A stretch of DNA of 61,131 nt from an uncultured Candidatus Saccharibacteria bacterium (lineage in GTDB: Bacteria > Patescibacteriota > Minisyncoccia > Minisyncoccales > Staskawiczbacteraceae): NCBI GenBank assembly GCA_964475855.1, contig CAYZAV010000004.1:1-61131 (forward strand), given 5' to 3'. The notes under the pieces were generated by a model. That model did no database searches, was not told the DNA's origin, and saw nothing but the letters and a program-made list of their open reading frames with translations. Position 1 is the first letter of the stretch. Every line of letters begins with the position of its first letter. Shown here one piece after another: positions 51,293 to 61,131 of the stretch. Made by a program: the position numbers and the translations under genes.

Positions 51293-52542
51293 TTCTTTTT
51301 CGGCTTAATCACCTTAAACCCGGTATATTTGTGCAGCACTTTTGGGATTTTCACACTGCCGTCTTTTTGCTGGAACTGTTCCATTATGGCTGGAATTAAC
51401 CTGCTTGTTGCCAAGCCCGAAGCGTTTAACATATGCACAAACTCATTTTTTTGCGCTTTTTCGTCGCGATATTTAACGTTTCCGCGCCTTGCCTGGTAGT
51501 CCAAACCATTGGAAGCGCTACTTACTTCTTTGTAAATTCCCATGCTTGGGATCCATACTTCAATATCAATAGTTTTTGCCATAGCCGCGCTGGCGTCGCC
51601 AGCTGCCAATTGTACCGATTGGAAATTCAGCCCTAACCCTTTTACCAATTTTTCGGCATTGGCAACCAGTTCCTCAAATGCTTCCCAAGATTTCTCCGGC
51701 AACGTAAACTGGAACATTTCTACTTTGTTAAATTGGTGGCCGCGCACCATGCCGCGCTCTTCTTTGCGGTAACTGCCGGCTTCGCGCCTAAAACAAGCCG
51801 AATACGAAAAATATTTTAATGGTAATTCTTTTTCACTAAGCACTTCATCGCGGTGGTAGTTTCCCATCATCATCTCACTAGTGGCGTTTAGGGCCAATTT
51901 GTCCTGCGTCCAAAATAAATCATCGCGGAATTTTGGCAAGTGGCCGGAAGTGTAGGCCGATTCTTCGGTTAATAAATAGGGTAGCAATAAAAAGGTATAT
52001 TTATTTTTGCGGTGAAAATCTATGAAATAATTAAGCAATGCCCATTCCAGTACCGCCCCGTCGCCCTTATACACCCAAAAACCCGACCCGGACATTTTCG
52101 CCCCGCGTTCATAGTCAATCAATGCTAAATCCGTCGCCAATTGCACGTGGTCTTTTGGCTCAAAGGTAAATTTAGGCTGTTTTCCAAAGCTACGCAATAC
52201 CCTATTATTTTCTTTTCCACCTGCCACCACATCATCTGCCACAATATTGGGTAGTTCCGATAGTCTTTCCTTTAACTGCGCTTCTATTTGACCTATTTTT
52301 TCGTCCAGCGCGTTTATTTGATCCCCCACCGCTTTCATTTGGGCAATCATTTCCGGCGTTGGCTTAGTCTTTGAATTTTTATTCCGGTCAGCCTTCAGTA
52401 TCTCCGCTTCTGTCAATAATTTCTTTCGTGCATCATCCAGTGCAACTACACCATCCAAATCAAAAGCACTCTCTGGTAGCCGCTTGAGGAGCGATTTCTT
52501 AACTTCTTCCTTGTTATTTCTTATTTTTAAAATGTCTAACAT
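51289..52542 (-). CDS. serS: Seryl-tRNA synthetase
   Basis: N-terminal coiled coil and class II motifs (FRREAGS, GLATSR). Confidence 0.95.
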   Translation of the reverse strand: MLDILKIRNNKEEVKKSLLKRLPESAFDLDGVVALDDARKKLLTEAEILKADRNKNSKTKPTPEMIAQMKAVGDQINALDEKIGQIEAQLKERLSELPNIVADDVVAGGKENNRVLRSFGKQPKFTFEPKDHVQLATDLALIDYERGAKMSGSGFWVYKGDGAVLEWALLNYFIDFHRKNKYTFLLLPYLLTEESAYTSGHLPKFRDDLFWTQDKLALNATSEMMMGNYHRDEVLSEKELPLKYFSYSACFRREAGSYRKEERGMVRGHQFNKVEMFQFTLPEKSWEAFEELVANAEKLVKGLGLNFQSVQLAAGDASAAMAKTIDIEVWIPSMGIYKEVSSASNGLDYQARRGNVKYRDEKAQKNEFVHMLNASGLATSRLIPAIMEQFQQKDGSVKIPKVLHKYTGFKVIKPKKK

Positions 52543-52633
52543 GAATTTATGAACAAAGTGAATAAATTCACCTCGGAAATCAGGCTTAAGTATATCGTAT
52601 ACCTTGCGGCCTGATTTACGCGGGATACTTTGC
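52543..52633 (-). repeat. Copy B of the 91-nt structured 5' leader, abutting the serS ATG
   Basis: See 2922..3012. Confidence 0.8.
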
Positions 52634-53041
52634 TTATTTGTTTAATAACGAAGATTTAAAAATTTCGGGTTTGTACGCCTTTAACCTTTCAACTTTCACC
52701 TTTTCTAGACCTCGTTTCGGCAATTCTACCGCCAATTTATCGGTAAAGTGGGTTTGGTCATATCCCAGGCAAATAATATCAGGTTTTATTTGTTCGATAA
52801 TTTTATACGGGTCGGCACCTTCGTTACCTAATACTGCCTCATCAACTAGTCCGCATTCTTGAACTTCTTTCAGCCTTTCCTGTTCAGTAAATTTCGGCGG
52901 CCGCTTTTTTACCCGTAACACCGTTGAATCCCGGCCGACAACAACGATTAATTTGTTGCCAAACTGTCGCGCTTGCCGGAAGAAATCTTTATGTCCTTCA
53001 TGCAGACCGTCAAACGTACCGAAGACGAGAATCTTAGTCAT
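52634..53041 (-). CDS. Cytidylyltransferase-family nucleotidyltransferase (HxGH)
   Basis: VFGTFDGLHEGH motif. 135 aa. Confidence 0.7.
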   Translation of the reverse strand: MTKILVFGTFDGLHEGHKDFFRQARQFGNKLIVVVGRDSTVLRVKKRPPKFTEQERLKEVQECGLVDEAVLGNEGADPYKIIEQIKPDIICLGYDQTHFTDKLAVELPKRGLEKVKVERLKAYKPEIFKSSLLNK

Positions 53042-53160
53042 TAGTTTTAAGTTACTAGTTTTAGTGATTGAGTTTCTAGTTAACCAAAAACTACCAAACC
53101 AAAACTATCAACTAATAACTATTAACCAATGATACTAAATTTGACAAACACCAGCAACTA

Positions 53161-53206
53161 TTGACAGATATAATTAATGGGTTTATAATGAAGGTATAGG
53201 GTAAAT
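53161..53206 (+). promoter_or_regulatory. Consensus promoter TTGACA-17-TATAAT plus a 17-nt box shared with the island promoter
   Basis: TATAATGAAGGTATAGGGTAAAT (53184-53206) versus the minus-strand island sequence TATAATGGAGGTATAGGGTAAAT (12648-12670): 22 of 23 identical. Confidence 0.7.
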
Positions 53207-53253
53207 ATCTGCATTTTGCACTATTCCCTGGTACCTTGAAAAAGGATTACGCC

Positions 53254-53622
53254 ATGAAGATTGATTCTGCCAAGGCAATCGAACAGATCCGTCTCATTTG
53301 CCTTTTCGCGTACTACTGCCGCGAGATTGATCCCAGCGAAAGGGAGGCGCTCATCCATATCGTTGTTAATCCGACGTTGATTAACGAAAAAATGGAAGAG
53401 TGTCTCAGGCGAGCCACAGAGAGCTACATGTTCGCCAGAGATAAAAAGGCGGCGTTCGAAAAAGCCGAAACCGAGCTTAGGGATGCGGAACAAAAAAAGA
53501 GTTTGGCGTTTTATCAACTAAAAAGATTGATCAAAGAAAACGCAGAGGAACAAGGGGGAAGATCTATGGAACTTCCTGTCCTGGACCAGAAAACCGTGAA
53601 GCTGGCTTTTGACACTGATTAA
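53254..53622 (+). CDS. Hypothetical 122-aa helical protein
   Basis: AAAGGA sits 7 nt before the ATG at 53254. Followed by terminator AGAGCGACC..GGCCGCTCT plus T7. Confidence 0.5.
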   Translation: MKIDSAKAIEQIRLICLFAYYCREIDPSEREALIHIVVNPTLINEKMEECLRRATESYMFARDKKAAFEKAETELRDAEQKKSLAFYQLKRLIKENAEEQGGRSMELPVLDQKTVKLAFDTD

Positions 53623-53676
53623 AAACCTGTTTCAACTACCAACCAAAGAGCGACCACCCGGCCGCTCTGTTTTTTT

Positions 53677-53701
53677 ATTCGTAGATTCGGATGTCATTCG
53701 T
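53677..53701. repeat. Three phased ATTCG(T/G) repeats at the 3' end of lysS
   Basis: Copies at 53677, 53686 and 53696. Confidence 0.65.
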
Positions 53702-53704
53702 AGA

Positions 53705-55210
53705 TTAGGATCGCTCTCTAGGCCTCATCAACGGAAAAATCTGGGTTTCCCGGGCCGGTTTGCCCATCAAAAAGCTAAATAAGCGTTCGCCGCCAATTCC
53801 GAATCCGCAAGTTGGCGGCATACCGTATTCCAGCGCTTCAACAAAATCATGGTCAAACATTTGGGCTTCCTGGTCACCTTTTTCGCGTAATTTTTCCTGC
53901 TCGGCAAAGCGCTCTGCCTGGTCTATGGGGTCGTTTAATTCACTGTACCCATTGCCCACTTCGCTCCCGGCCACAATCACCTGGAAGCGCTGGGTCATTT
54001 TTTGATTTTTTTCGTCACGCTTGGCAAGCGGCGAAACATCAACGGGTAAATTAATCAAAAATCCCGGACCGGTTATATTCTTGCGGCAATATTTCCACAA
54101 ATTATCAATAGCGCGGGTTTTGTTAAAGCCTTTTTTATCGTACTCAATTTTTAACTTTTGTAATTGTTTTTCCATTTCCGGCAAACTGGCTTCCATAATA
54201 TCAATGCCAGCATATTTGTTAATCATGGTTTGATAGTCGTACTTTTCCCATGTGGTGCCAAAGTCCACATCCATACCACGGATAGTAAACTTCAGTATTC
54301 CAAACGTTTCTTTGATAATATATTTATATAACTCTTCCACCAGATCCATGCCCATTTTATAATCAGCATATGCCCAATAAAATTCCATACCGGTAAAATC
54401 CTGTAAATGCTCTGCATCCATGCCTTCGTTGCGAAAAAGCCTGCCAATTTCAAACGTTTTTTCAAAGCCGGCCACCATCAGCTGTTTTTGCCATAATTCT
54501 CCAATAGAAATACGCAAATTCACGTCCAAGTCCAGTGCATTATGGTGGGTGGTAAAAGGCCGGGCATCAGCTCCTCCGGTAGTAACTTCAAGGATTGGTG
54601 TTTCTACTTCCAAGAAACCTTTTTCCATCAAAAATTCACGCATGGCATTCCAGAATATGCTGCGCTTTTTGATCATTTCTTTTACTTCATGGTTAAATAA
54701 AATATCCAAATACCTTTTGCGAAGCTTTTCTTCTTCATCTTGCAACCCATGCCATTTTTCGGGTAGTGGCAACAGTGATTTTGCCAACATTTTGTAATCC
54801 GTGGCTTCTATGGTTTTTTCACCACGCTTGGTTTCAATCAAAATACCCTTTATTTCCACAAAATCCCCAATATCAAAATGGTCAATGAAAAACTTGTAAC
54901 CCTTCTCCCCTACTTTATCTTCTTTGATAAGGCCTTGAATTTTTCCTTGGCTCGCCGAAGCTTCGGCGGAGGCGGCTGCGCTACCATCGTTAATATCTAA
55001 AAACGTGGCGCCGCCGTGGCCGCGCATGGCCATAATTCTTCCCGTCAGATATAATTCTTCGCCTGACTTTGCCAAGCTCGAAAAATCAACCAAAGCCTGT
55101 GCCACTGAATGTGTCCGCTTGGTTGTCGCCGGATACGCCAAAAGCCCGCTCGCCTGCAGCGACTTTAATTTCTCCAGCCTTACTTTTCTTAGTTCGTCTA
55201 TGGTGGACAT
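53705..55210 (-). CDS. lysS: Lysyl-tRNA synthetase (class II)
   Basis: OB-fold N-domain and class II motifs (FRNEG, GFGIGGERL). Confidence 0.95.
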   Translation of the reverse strand: MSTIDELRKVRLEKLKSLQASGLLAYPATTKRTHSVAQALVDFSSLAKSGEELYLTGRIMAMRGHGGATFLDINDGSAAASAEASASQGKIQGLIKEDKVGEKGYKFFIDHFDIGDFVEIKGILIETKRGEKTIEATDYKMLAKSLLPLPEKWHGLQDEEEKLRKRYLDILFNHEVKEMIKKRSIFWNAMREFLMEKGFLEVETPILEVTTGGADARPFTTHHNALDLDVNLRISIGELWQKQLMVAGFEKTFEIGRLFRNEGMDAEHLQDFTGMEFYWAYADYKMGMDLVEELYKYIIKETFGILKFTIRGMDVDFGTTWEKYDYQTMINKYAGIDIMEASLPEMEKQLQKLKIEYDKKGFNKTRAIDNLWKYCRKNITGPGFLINLPVDVSPLAKRDEKNQKMTQRFQVIVAGSEVGNGYSELNDPIDQAERFAEQEKLREKGDQEAQMFDHDFVEALEYGMPPTCGFGIGGERLFSFLMGKPARETQIFPLMRPRERS

Positions 55211-55322
55211 ATAGTTAGTATATCAAAATTATCAGACATCACAATTATTGACATTTATAAAAATTTAGTATATTTTATAGATAGCCCTTTTTATGATCTA
55301 ACACCTTACCCTTGGAGGCAGT

Positions 55323-56444
55323 ATGAATGAACCACTAAAAATCCACGCTCAAAGAAAAGTGTGGAACTTGGAAACAGGGTTTTTGGGATTGGCCGGACTG
55401 TCAATGATTTTGCGCCAAGACCTAGTGCATGGCATGGGCATCATTGCCGAAACCATCATCCTGGTGGTTTTTTTGGGAGGACTGATGGGCATTACCCGTA
55501 TCCCCTTTCCCACCAAGTTTCCCGGCGGACATCCTATCCCGCTGTGGGCATATCCGGTGATATCGGGGATAATTTCGGGGTTCATGGATTCCTTTCTGGT
55601 ATTGCTGATGATAGGCGCTGCAAATCTTAACGGCCCGCAAAAGCACCAATTCATCTTCAAGGCACTGAATATGGTTGCCGCCCTTATCGGTGGACTCATT
55701 ATGTACTTTGGCGAGGTGTACGCACTACCCCTTTGCTTGCGGTACCAGCTGCGTGATTGGTATTCCATGATTCCCCTCTTCCCGCCCATTTTCGCTTTTT
55801 TGGCAGTGTTGGCAGTGATTACCACCTTTCTGGATGTGCAGGTAACGCAAGCAGACATATCTGAAGATGGACATGAAAACGGCAAAAAGATTATTGCCGA
55901 CACCGGGGATTACATTGAGTTTTCCGCGGCAATCATACTGTTGCTGGCCAGTCACAACGCCCTGTTGTGCTTTGGCATCTTGCTGGTATACAGCTTTATC
56001 ACCGGCCAGGGTGAAGATTTGCTAGATGTGGTAAAAACTGAAACCGAAGTTGGCGTCATGCTACTGCTGATTTTCGCAGGATTTATTTCTCCGCTCATTG
56101 AGCCATGGATGTCTAATTTTTCCGGCTGGCTGGCATTCATTCCCGCAACCATTAATGGCGTTTTGACCGGAGCGATTTATCCAGCCCAGGGTAACTTTTG
56201 GCAGGAAATCCATATCCTAAGTACCGCAGTCTTATTAACACCGATTTCCTCATTAGTGGGAATCATGCTTTTTAAAACTGCAAAGGAATGGAAGGATTAT
56301 ATTCTCTTCGCCCTGCCTATTGCCCTGCTTTGGTTTGTACTTGCGGGAAGTTGGATTTACGGGCCATGGGAATGGTACCTGCGCGCGCCATTTGAACAAC
56401 AATTTGGCGCACCCACACTCAAGAAAGACCATAATACGCAGTAA
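55323..56444 (+). CDS. Polytopic membrane protein (transporter-like), family not recognised
   Basis: About 11 hydrophobic segments. GGAGG SD. Confidence 0.65.
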   Translation: MNEPLKIHAQRKVWNLETGFLGLAGLSMILRQDLVHGMGIIAETIILVVFLGGLMGITRIPFPTKFPGGHPIPLWAYPVISGIISGFMDSFLVLLMIGAANLNGPQKHQFIFKALNMVAALIGGLIMYFGEVYALPLCLRYQLRDWYSMIPLFPPIFAFLAVLAVITTFLDVQVTQADISEDGHENGKKIIADTGDYIEFSAAIILLLASHNALLCFGILLVYSFITGQGEDLLDVVKTETEVGVMLLLIFAGFISPLIEPWMSNFSGWLAFIPATINGVLTGAIYPAQGNFWQEIHILSTAVLLTPISSLVGIMLFKTAKEWKDYILFALPIALLWFVLAGSWIYGPWEWYLRAPFEQQFGAPTLKKDHNTQ

Positions 56445-56672
56445 TGACCTAACTGCAATCATCACAAAACCCGGTAGATAAAACTATTTGCCGGGCATTT
56501 TTTTACAAAAAAACCAACTTTTTATTTTATCCCATCCTGTAAAGCTTCACTTTTTTAAATATAACAGAATCTCAGGATTATTTGACATATTCATATTTAT
56601 GTACTATTATGAGAATAGAACGTCTAGCCATTCTATGGCCTTACCATCACCTTTACGCAAAGGAGCTATCGC

Positions 56673-56909
56673 ATGGAAACAAAAACCTTTTGGGTGGAAT
56701 GCCGACTGGATGAAAGCAGTAACCCATGCTTTTTCCCCGGCCACAACCTAGACCACGCGATTGTGCGTGCAAAAGAATTTTTTGCTGCCCTGTCTATCCC
56801 TTGGGGAGATATTATTGTAAGGGAATATTTCCCTCGCACCAAAATCGTCACCAAGCGAAAAATGAAACATAAGCGAGCCAAGCACGCAATTGCGGGAAGG
56901 AAGTTGTAA
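56673..56909 (+). CDS. Hypothetical 78-aa protein with a basic tail
   Basis: TTGACA-17-TATTAT promoter (56585 onward) and AAAGGAG SD. Confidence 0.5.
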   Translation: METKTFWVECRLDESSNPCFFPGHNLDHAIVRAKEFFAALSIPWGDIIVREYFPRTKIVTKRKMKHKRAKHAIAGRKL

Positions 56910-57022
56910 TCGATAAATACTTCACAAGCCCGGCGACCACAATCGCCGGGTATTTTTTTTGCAACGAAATAAATTCTTCGAATTTAAACGGGGCGGGCAA
57001 AATTTTTGAGCGAGCGGAAAAA

Positions 57023-58951
57023 TTACTTACTAAAGTAGTAATTCAGCACCTCGTGCGCCACGGGCAACGTGGCGCTGCGTAATCCACTCACGCCTTCAAT
57101 AGTAGCCACAAATACAATTTCGGGATTATCATACGGCGCGAAATTTGATGACCAGGTGTTAAACACCCCGGATTTGCCAGTTTCAACGGTTCCTGTTTTT
57201 CCAGCTACGGCCACAGGCAAATCGCGCAACATTACTGACCCCCCATAGTCTTTTTGCACCCCATCACGCATGCCTTCCCGCACCACTTGGAGGTTTTTTT
57301 CATCAATACTAATTTGCCCCATGCTTTGTGGACTGAATTGCTGCACCACGCTTTGATCACTGGAAGAAATAATTTTTTGCACAATTTGGGGTTGATATAG
57401 TGTGCCGCCATTAGCAATCGCGCCATACGCCACCGCCACTTGCAATGGAGTCACCTGTAAATCAGATTGGCCGATGGAAAGGTTATAGGTATCCCCATCC
57501 CACCAATTTTCGTTTTTAGTTTGTTTTTTCCAATCCGGGCTTGGCACAAATCCCTTCCACTCCCCAGGTAAATCAATGCCCGTTTTTTGTTCCCATCCAT
57601 ATTCATCCAAATATTGTTTTATGCGGCCCGGCCCAAGTCCCTGTTGGTCTTCGTATCCACCGCCAATGGTGTAAAAATAAATGTTACTGGAAACTGCCAG
57701 GGCCTCACGCATATCCACCCAACCATGCGGAGTTACGCCGCCAAAACGATAGACAACGCTGGGGTCATTTTGGCTGTGCACCAGCAAAAAACCAGGATCA
57801 TAAATTTGTTTGTTGGGGGAAATAATTTGTTCCTGCAGCGCAGCAGAAGCCAAGAATGGTTTTATGGTGGAACCTGTCGGATATTTAGCTGCAATGGCAC
57901 GGTTAAAAAACGGCTGATTAGTATCGTTGTTGAGCACACTAAGATCAGCTTGTGAAATGCTTTTGGAAAAAATATTATTATCGTAACTTGGATAAGAAAC
58001 CAACGCCAGCACCGCTCCGGTTTTAGGATTAAGAGCCACGGCTGCCCCGCGTTTTGCGCCAATGTTTTTGATAGAATTTTCTAAGGCATTATAGGTAGCT
58101 TTTTGAAGACCGGCGTCAATGTTAAGAATTAGCCCGTCGCCTGTCTTTGGTTCGGCCAGCACAGTATCCCCTTTCTTAATTCCCGTAGCCGTTTTTTGCA
58201 CCTCCAGGGTTCCAGGAGTTCCTCGCAAGGCTTGCTCGTAATATTTTTCGATACCCACCTTTCCGATATAGTCACTGGCAGTATAACTACCCGCGCTTTT
58301 TAATTCTTCCCGATTTACTTTTCCGGTATATCCTAAAACGTGGGAAAATATTTCTCCGTAGGCATAATTTCTGATAGTATTTTTCTGGATGGTGCAATCG
58401 GGAAGCTCTGCCGCGCGTGCCTCCAAAATCAATACGGTTTCTTGGCTCAAGTTTTCAGCTACTAGAACGCCCACATCTTCGTTTTCAGTAAATAATGATT
58501 GTAAATCCGCAATATCTTTTTTTACGATAGGTGCCAAAATAGCTATTTGCTCAGCCAGTCGATCAGCGCTGGCCGCCTGTTTACCGGCGGGAAGGCATAG
58601 CAAATCATAGGCTGGTGAATTAAGTACCAATTTTTTCCCGTTCGTATCATAAATAATGCCACGCTCGGGAGTTATTAGCGCCAGCTTGCCTTTATTATTC
58701 TGGCTGGCGGCGTATAAATCAGATCCATTAACCGCCTGCAGGAAAAACGTTTTGGAAAATAACACTCCAGCTGAAAGTAAGAAAATGGCAAACATGGCAA
58801 CAATAATCCGGGTCTTAATGGCCACTTCAAAGCGTTTTTCGGAAATGCCAAGCTCTTCTTCTTTATGATGCGCCAGCGTATCCAAAAAAACCTCATGGGT
58901 TTCCAGACTTCCCAATGATTCTTTTATTTGGTATTTCTTGTTAAACCACAT
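57023..58951 (-). CDS. mrdA: Penicillin-binding protein 2 (elongation transpeptidase)
   Basis: STIKP (SxxK), SSN and KTGT motifs. Positioned after mreCD. Confidence 0.9.
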   Translation of the reverse strand: MWFNKKYQIKESLGSLETHEVFLDTLAHHKEEELGISEKRFEVAIKTRIIVAMFAIFLLSAGVLFSKTFFLQAVNGSDLYAASQNNKGKLALITPERGIIYDTNGKKLVLNSPAYDLLCLPAGKQAASADRLAEQIAILAPIVKKDIADLQSLFTENEDVGVLVAENLSQETVLILEARAAELPDCTIQKNTIRNYAYGEIFSHVLGYTGKVNREELKSAGSYTASDYIGKVGIEKYYEQALRGTPGTLEVQKTATGIKKGDTVLAEPKTGDGLILNIDAGLQKATYNALENSIKNIGAKRGAAVALNPKTGAVLALVSYPSYDNNIFSKSISQADLSVLNNDTNQPFFNRAIAAKYPTGSTIKPFLASAALQEQIISPNKQIYDPGFLLVHSQNDPSVVYRFGGVTPHGWVDMREALAVSSNIYFYTIGGGYEDQQGLGPGRIKQYLDEYGWEQKTGIDLPGEWKGFVPSPDWKKQTKNENWWDGDTYNLSIGQSDLQVTPLQVAVAYGAIANGGTLYQPQIVQKIISSSDQSVVQQFSPQSMGQISIDEKNLQVVREGMRDGVQKDYGGSVMLRDLPVAVAGKTGTVETGKSGVFNTWSSNFAPYDNPEIVFVATIEGVSGLRSATLPVAHEVLNYYFSK

Positions 58952-58952
58952 A

Positions 58953-59483
58953 TTATAATAGTTTTAGTTGCTTGTTTTGGGTTTGGCGTTCAGCAACCAA
59001 ATTATATGCATAAAAACCAATTACGACAAACGGTAGGCTGTAAACCAGACTGATAAGTATTGGCAAGCCAAGTGGGTACGACTGGCCAAACAGTGCCAGG
59101 ACAACATACAAAAGCCCGTGATAGCCAAAAAATGCTAAGCAAAATAGGGCAAGAAAGTAAAAAATAAGGTATTTATCTGCACCCTCTTTCAAGAAAAAAG
59201 TAATAGCTTTGCGAAATATATAGATGACCGCCAGGCTAACCATAGCAATGCCAAAATGTGGTGGTAAAGAAATATCCAGCAAAAAACCTGCTACAATAAC
59301 AGAAAAAATACCTACAGAATATCCGTATTTGGGCTCAAAAAAAATGAGGAGAAAAAATACGGCAAACACCAGCTTTGGAATAGCCGACATGACCGAAAAA
59401 TACGGCAGAAAACTTTGCTCGGCCAGGGCAAGCAAAAACATTAGTAAAAAAAGTGCCGCAAATACCAAAATACGCCTGATCAT
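58953..59483 (-). CDS. mreD: Rod shape-determining protein MreD-like
   Basis: Polytopic, 176 aa, lying between mreC and PBP2. Confidence 0.65.
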   Translation of the reverse strand: MIRRILVFAALFLLMFLLALAEQSFLPYFSVMSAIPKLVFAVFFLLIFFEPKYGYSVGIFSVIVAGFLLDISLPPHFGIAMVSLAVIYIFRKAITFFLKEGADKYLIFYFLALFCLAFFGYHGLLYVVLALFGQSYPLGLPILISLVYSLPFVVIGFYAYNLVAERQTQNKQLKLL

Positions 59484-59484
59484 A

Positions 59485-60312
59485 TTACTTTTTATACCCA
59501 GTTACCACAAATAGCGTGTCAATGTTTTTAACATCGAAAAATGGCCGGATGCTGGCGGTTTGAAATGCCTTGGCATCATTTTTGTTGATGGAAAGAACAC
59601 TGCCAACCAATAAATCTTTTGGGAAGATGCCCTCGAGTCCGCTGGTCACCAGTAAATCCCCCTCTTTCAGTTCGGCATCCGAAGAAACCAAATCAAGATA
59701 CGCGCTAAAGCCGCTACTGCCTTTTACGGCGCCATAGATAGGCACCGTCAATGGATTGCTATTTTGTATTTTCACATTCAAGACGCTGGAACTATTGGAA
59801 ATAAGCGCCACTTCTGAAACATTGGCGTAAACAGCAAGAACTCTGCCGTAGACCACATTTTCATGGGAAATAACGGCCATATTTTCAGCAACGCCATCCG
59901 CCAGTCCACGATTAATGGTAATGGTATTTGCCGCGATATTGACGCCGATAATTTCAGCGGGCGACAAGTTAAGGGAATGTGCAGAGGCGGTTTTCGCAGC
60001 CACACCCGTTATTTGCGCCTGGCGGGCCACATCCTGCAGCCGGGTAATTTCGGAAAGAAGATTTATATTTTCCAATTTCAGCTTTTCATTTTCCTTGGTG
60101 GTAGCGGTAAACGTAAAAAACGACCCGAAAAAATGGGTGACCACGCTGCCACCGTGCATTAATGGGTTTGAAATGGGCGAAGAAACCACATAGAAAGAAT
60201 TACGCACCCGTGACTGGAACACATTCAAGAAAATAATAAGCAAAACGAGGCCACCGGCGATTGCCAATATTTTTTGCCAAGAAGAATTTTGTTTTTTGAT
60301 GTAAATATCCAT
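59485..60312 (-). CDS. mreC: Rod shape-determining protein MreC
   Basis: N-terminal TM, coiled coil, beta-barrel region (G.V.....S.V.LI....S). Confidence 0.85.
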   Translation of the reverse strand: MDIYIKKQNSSWQKILAIAGGLVLLIIFLNVFQSRVRNSFYVVSSPISNPLMHGGSVVTHFFGSFFTFTATTKENEKLKLENINLLSEITRLQDVARQAQITGVAAKTASAHSLNLSPAEIIGVNIAANTITINRGLADGVAENMAVISHENVVYGRVLAVYANVSEVALISNSSSVLNVKIQNSNPLTVPIYGAVKGSSGFSAYLDLVSSDAELKEGDLLVTSGLEGIFPKDLLVGSVLSINKNDAKAFQTASIRPFFDVKNIDTLFVVTGYKK

Positions 60313-60403
60313 GAATTTATGAGCAAAGCGAATGAATTCACCTCGGAAATCAGGCTTAAGTATATCGTATACAATTAGGCCTGATTTACGCGGGATACCT
60401 TGC
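60313..60403 (-). repeat. Copy C of the 91-nt structured 5' leader, abutting the mreC ATG
   Basis: See 2922..3012. Confidence 0.8.
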
Positions 60404-60518
60404 CGTTTGATGCCTTATCTTATCATACAATTAAAATCGGGCGCAAATTTGACAAAATTATTTAAAAATCGTAAGATTAGTATAAAGTTCTAGGCAGCAC
60501 ATTCAAAGGAGGCTTGTC

Positions 60519-60710
60519 ATGGATATTCTTTGTGTTGGTACCTTTTTGCTTTTCCTTCTTTTTATTACGTGGTTTATTTTCCGTCCGGAAAAATGCCCCT
60601 CTGGTCCTAATCATGATTGGGAAGAATTTTGGACGTGGGTGGACAAGGAACACGCAAGAAAAGATTGCCGATGCAGAAACTGTGGGGCAAGGCGATATGG
60701 AATATACTGA
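60519..60710 (+). CDS. 63-aa single-TM, Trp/Cys-rich protein (paralogue of island ORF 5)
   Basis: TTGACA-17-TAAGAT promoter (60451 onward) and AAGGAGG SD. Terminator AACCGAT..ATCGGTT plus T8. Confidence 0.55.
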   Translation: MDILCVGTFLLFLLFITWFIFRPEKCPSGPNHDWEEFWTWVDKEHARKDCRCRNCGARRYGIY

Positions 60711-60747
60711 AACCGATTGTACGATCGGTTTTTTTTGTAACAAAAAT

Positions 60748-60780
60748 CCGCATGATTAAGTGCGGATTTTTGTTGATTAA
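60748..60780 (-). terminator. rrn operon terminator
   Basis: AAAAATCCGCA-N8-TGCGGATTTTT, just downstream of the 5S gene. Confidence 0.6.
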
Positions 60781-60787
60781 GTTCTTT

Positions 60788-60898
60788 GGTGGCGACTACC
60801 TACTTTCGCGTTCATCACACTATCATCGGCCTTGGAGTATTTCACTTCTGTGTTCGAAATGGGAACAGGTGGGACAACTCCAGTATCATCGCCACCAC
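60788..60898 (-). rRNA. rrf: 5S ribosomal RNA
   Basis: The reverse complement contains CCCACCTGTTCCCATTTCGAACACAGAAGTGAAA, with helix I pairing GTGGTGGCGA / TCGCCACC. Confidence 0.9.
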
Positions 60899-60963
60899 AG
60901 AACTCAATTGTTCTGTGGCTATTGCAAATAACAAAGATACGTAAAATCTGTATCTATCAAATA

Positions 60964-61131
60964 CGCTAAAAAATGAATGATTTATTAGTACTCCCCGGCT
61001 GAACACCTTGCGGTGCTTACACCTGGAGCCTATCAACCCCCTCATCTAGGGGGAATCTATGAGTTCTCATCTTGGAGTTAGTTTCGCGCTTATATGCTTT
61101 CAGCGCTTATCTATTCCCAACTTAGCTACTC
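60964..61131 (-). rRNA. rrl: 23S ribosomal RNA, 3'-terminal ~170 nt (continues beyond the window)
   Basis: The reverse complement reads GCTGAAAGCATATAAGCGCGAAAC...GTTGATAGGCTCCAGGTGTAAGCACCGCAAGG...GAGTACTAAT. The 3' boundary is approximate. Confidence 0.85.

Overview
61.1 kb of a moderately AT-rich bacterial chromosome. Gene content suggests a reduced Patescibacteria/CPR-like genome; this is inference only (short HrcA, giant repeat-rich surface proteins, many tiny orphan genes). Most genes are on the minus strand. Recognisable genes: hrcA-grpE-protease-dnaK-dnaJ, msrB, a histidine kinase and receiver, msrA, typA, two STAS paralogues, an FKBP isomerase, a membrane-fused spermidine-synthase-like gene, three giant surface proteins, trhO-like, tRNA-Gln, dnaX, cysS, dnaB, recR, a sortase flanked by two paralogous surface proteins, ftsQ/FemAB/DegT/Mur-ligase, serS, lysS, mrdA-mreD-mreC, 5S rRNA and the 3' end of 23S rRNA. 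Main observations: (1) A visibly G+C-rich ~4.3 kb island (about 8436-12705) between msrA and typA carries nine small same-strand ORFs of unknown function. It has three near-consensus sigma70 promoters, three terminators and five copies of an intergenic module (stem-loop + CCCCTTCA(C/A)TAnAG + second hairpin + TTAGAAG + SD) that resembles T3/T7/SP6-type phage promoters. No polymerase, integrase or RT is present in the window. (2) An exact 12-mer, TGTCGCACAATA, occurs 11 times, always on the + strand, in several reading frames and in intergenic DNA, and never inside the island. (3) A 91-nt structured leader abuts the start codons of dnaK, serS and mreC, with compensatory stem changes. (4) A displaced typA 5' fragment lies upstream of typA, separated from it by a GC-rich structured insert. 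(5) The two sortase-flanking surface-protein genes share a 400-bp near-identical block. All calls come from reading the sequence and the ORF track; no searches or folding programs were run.
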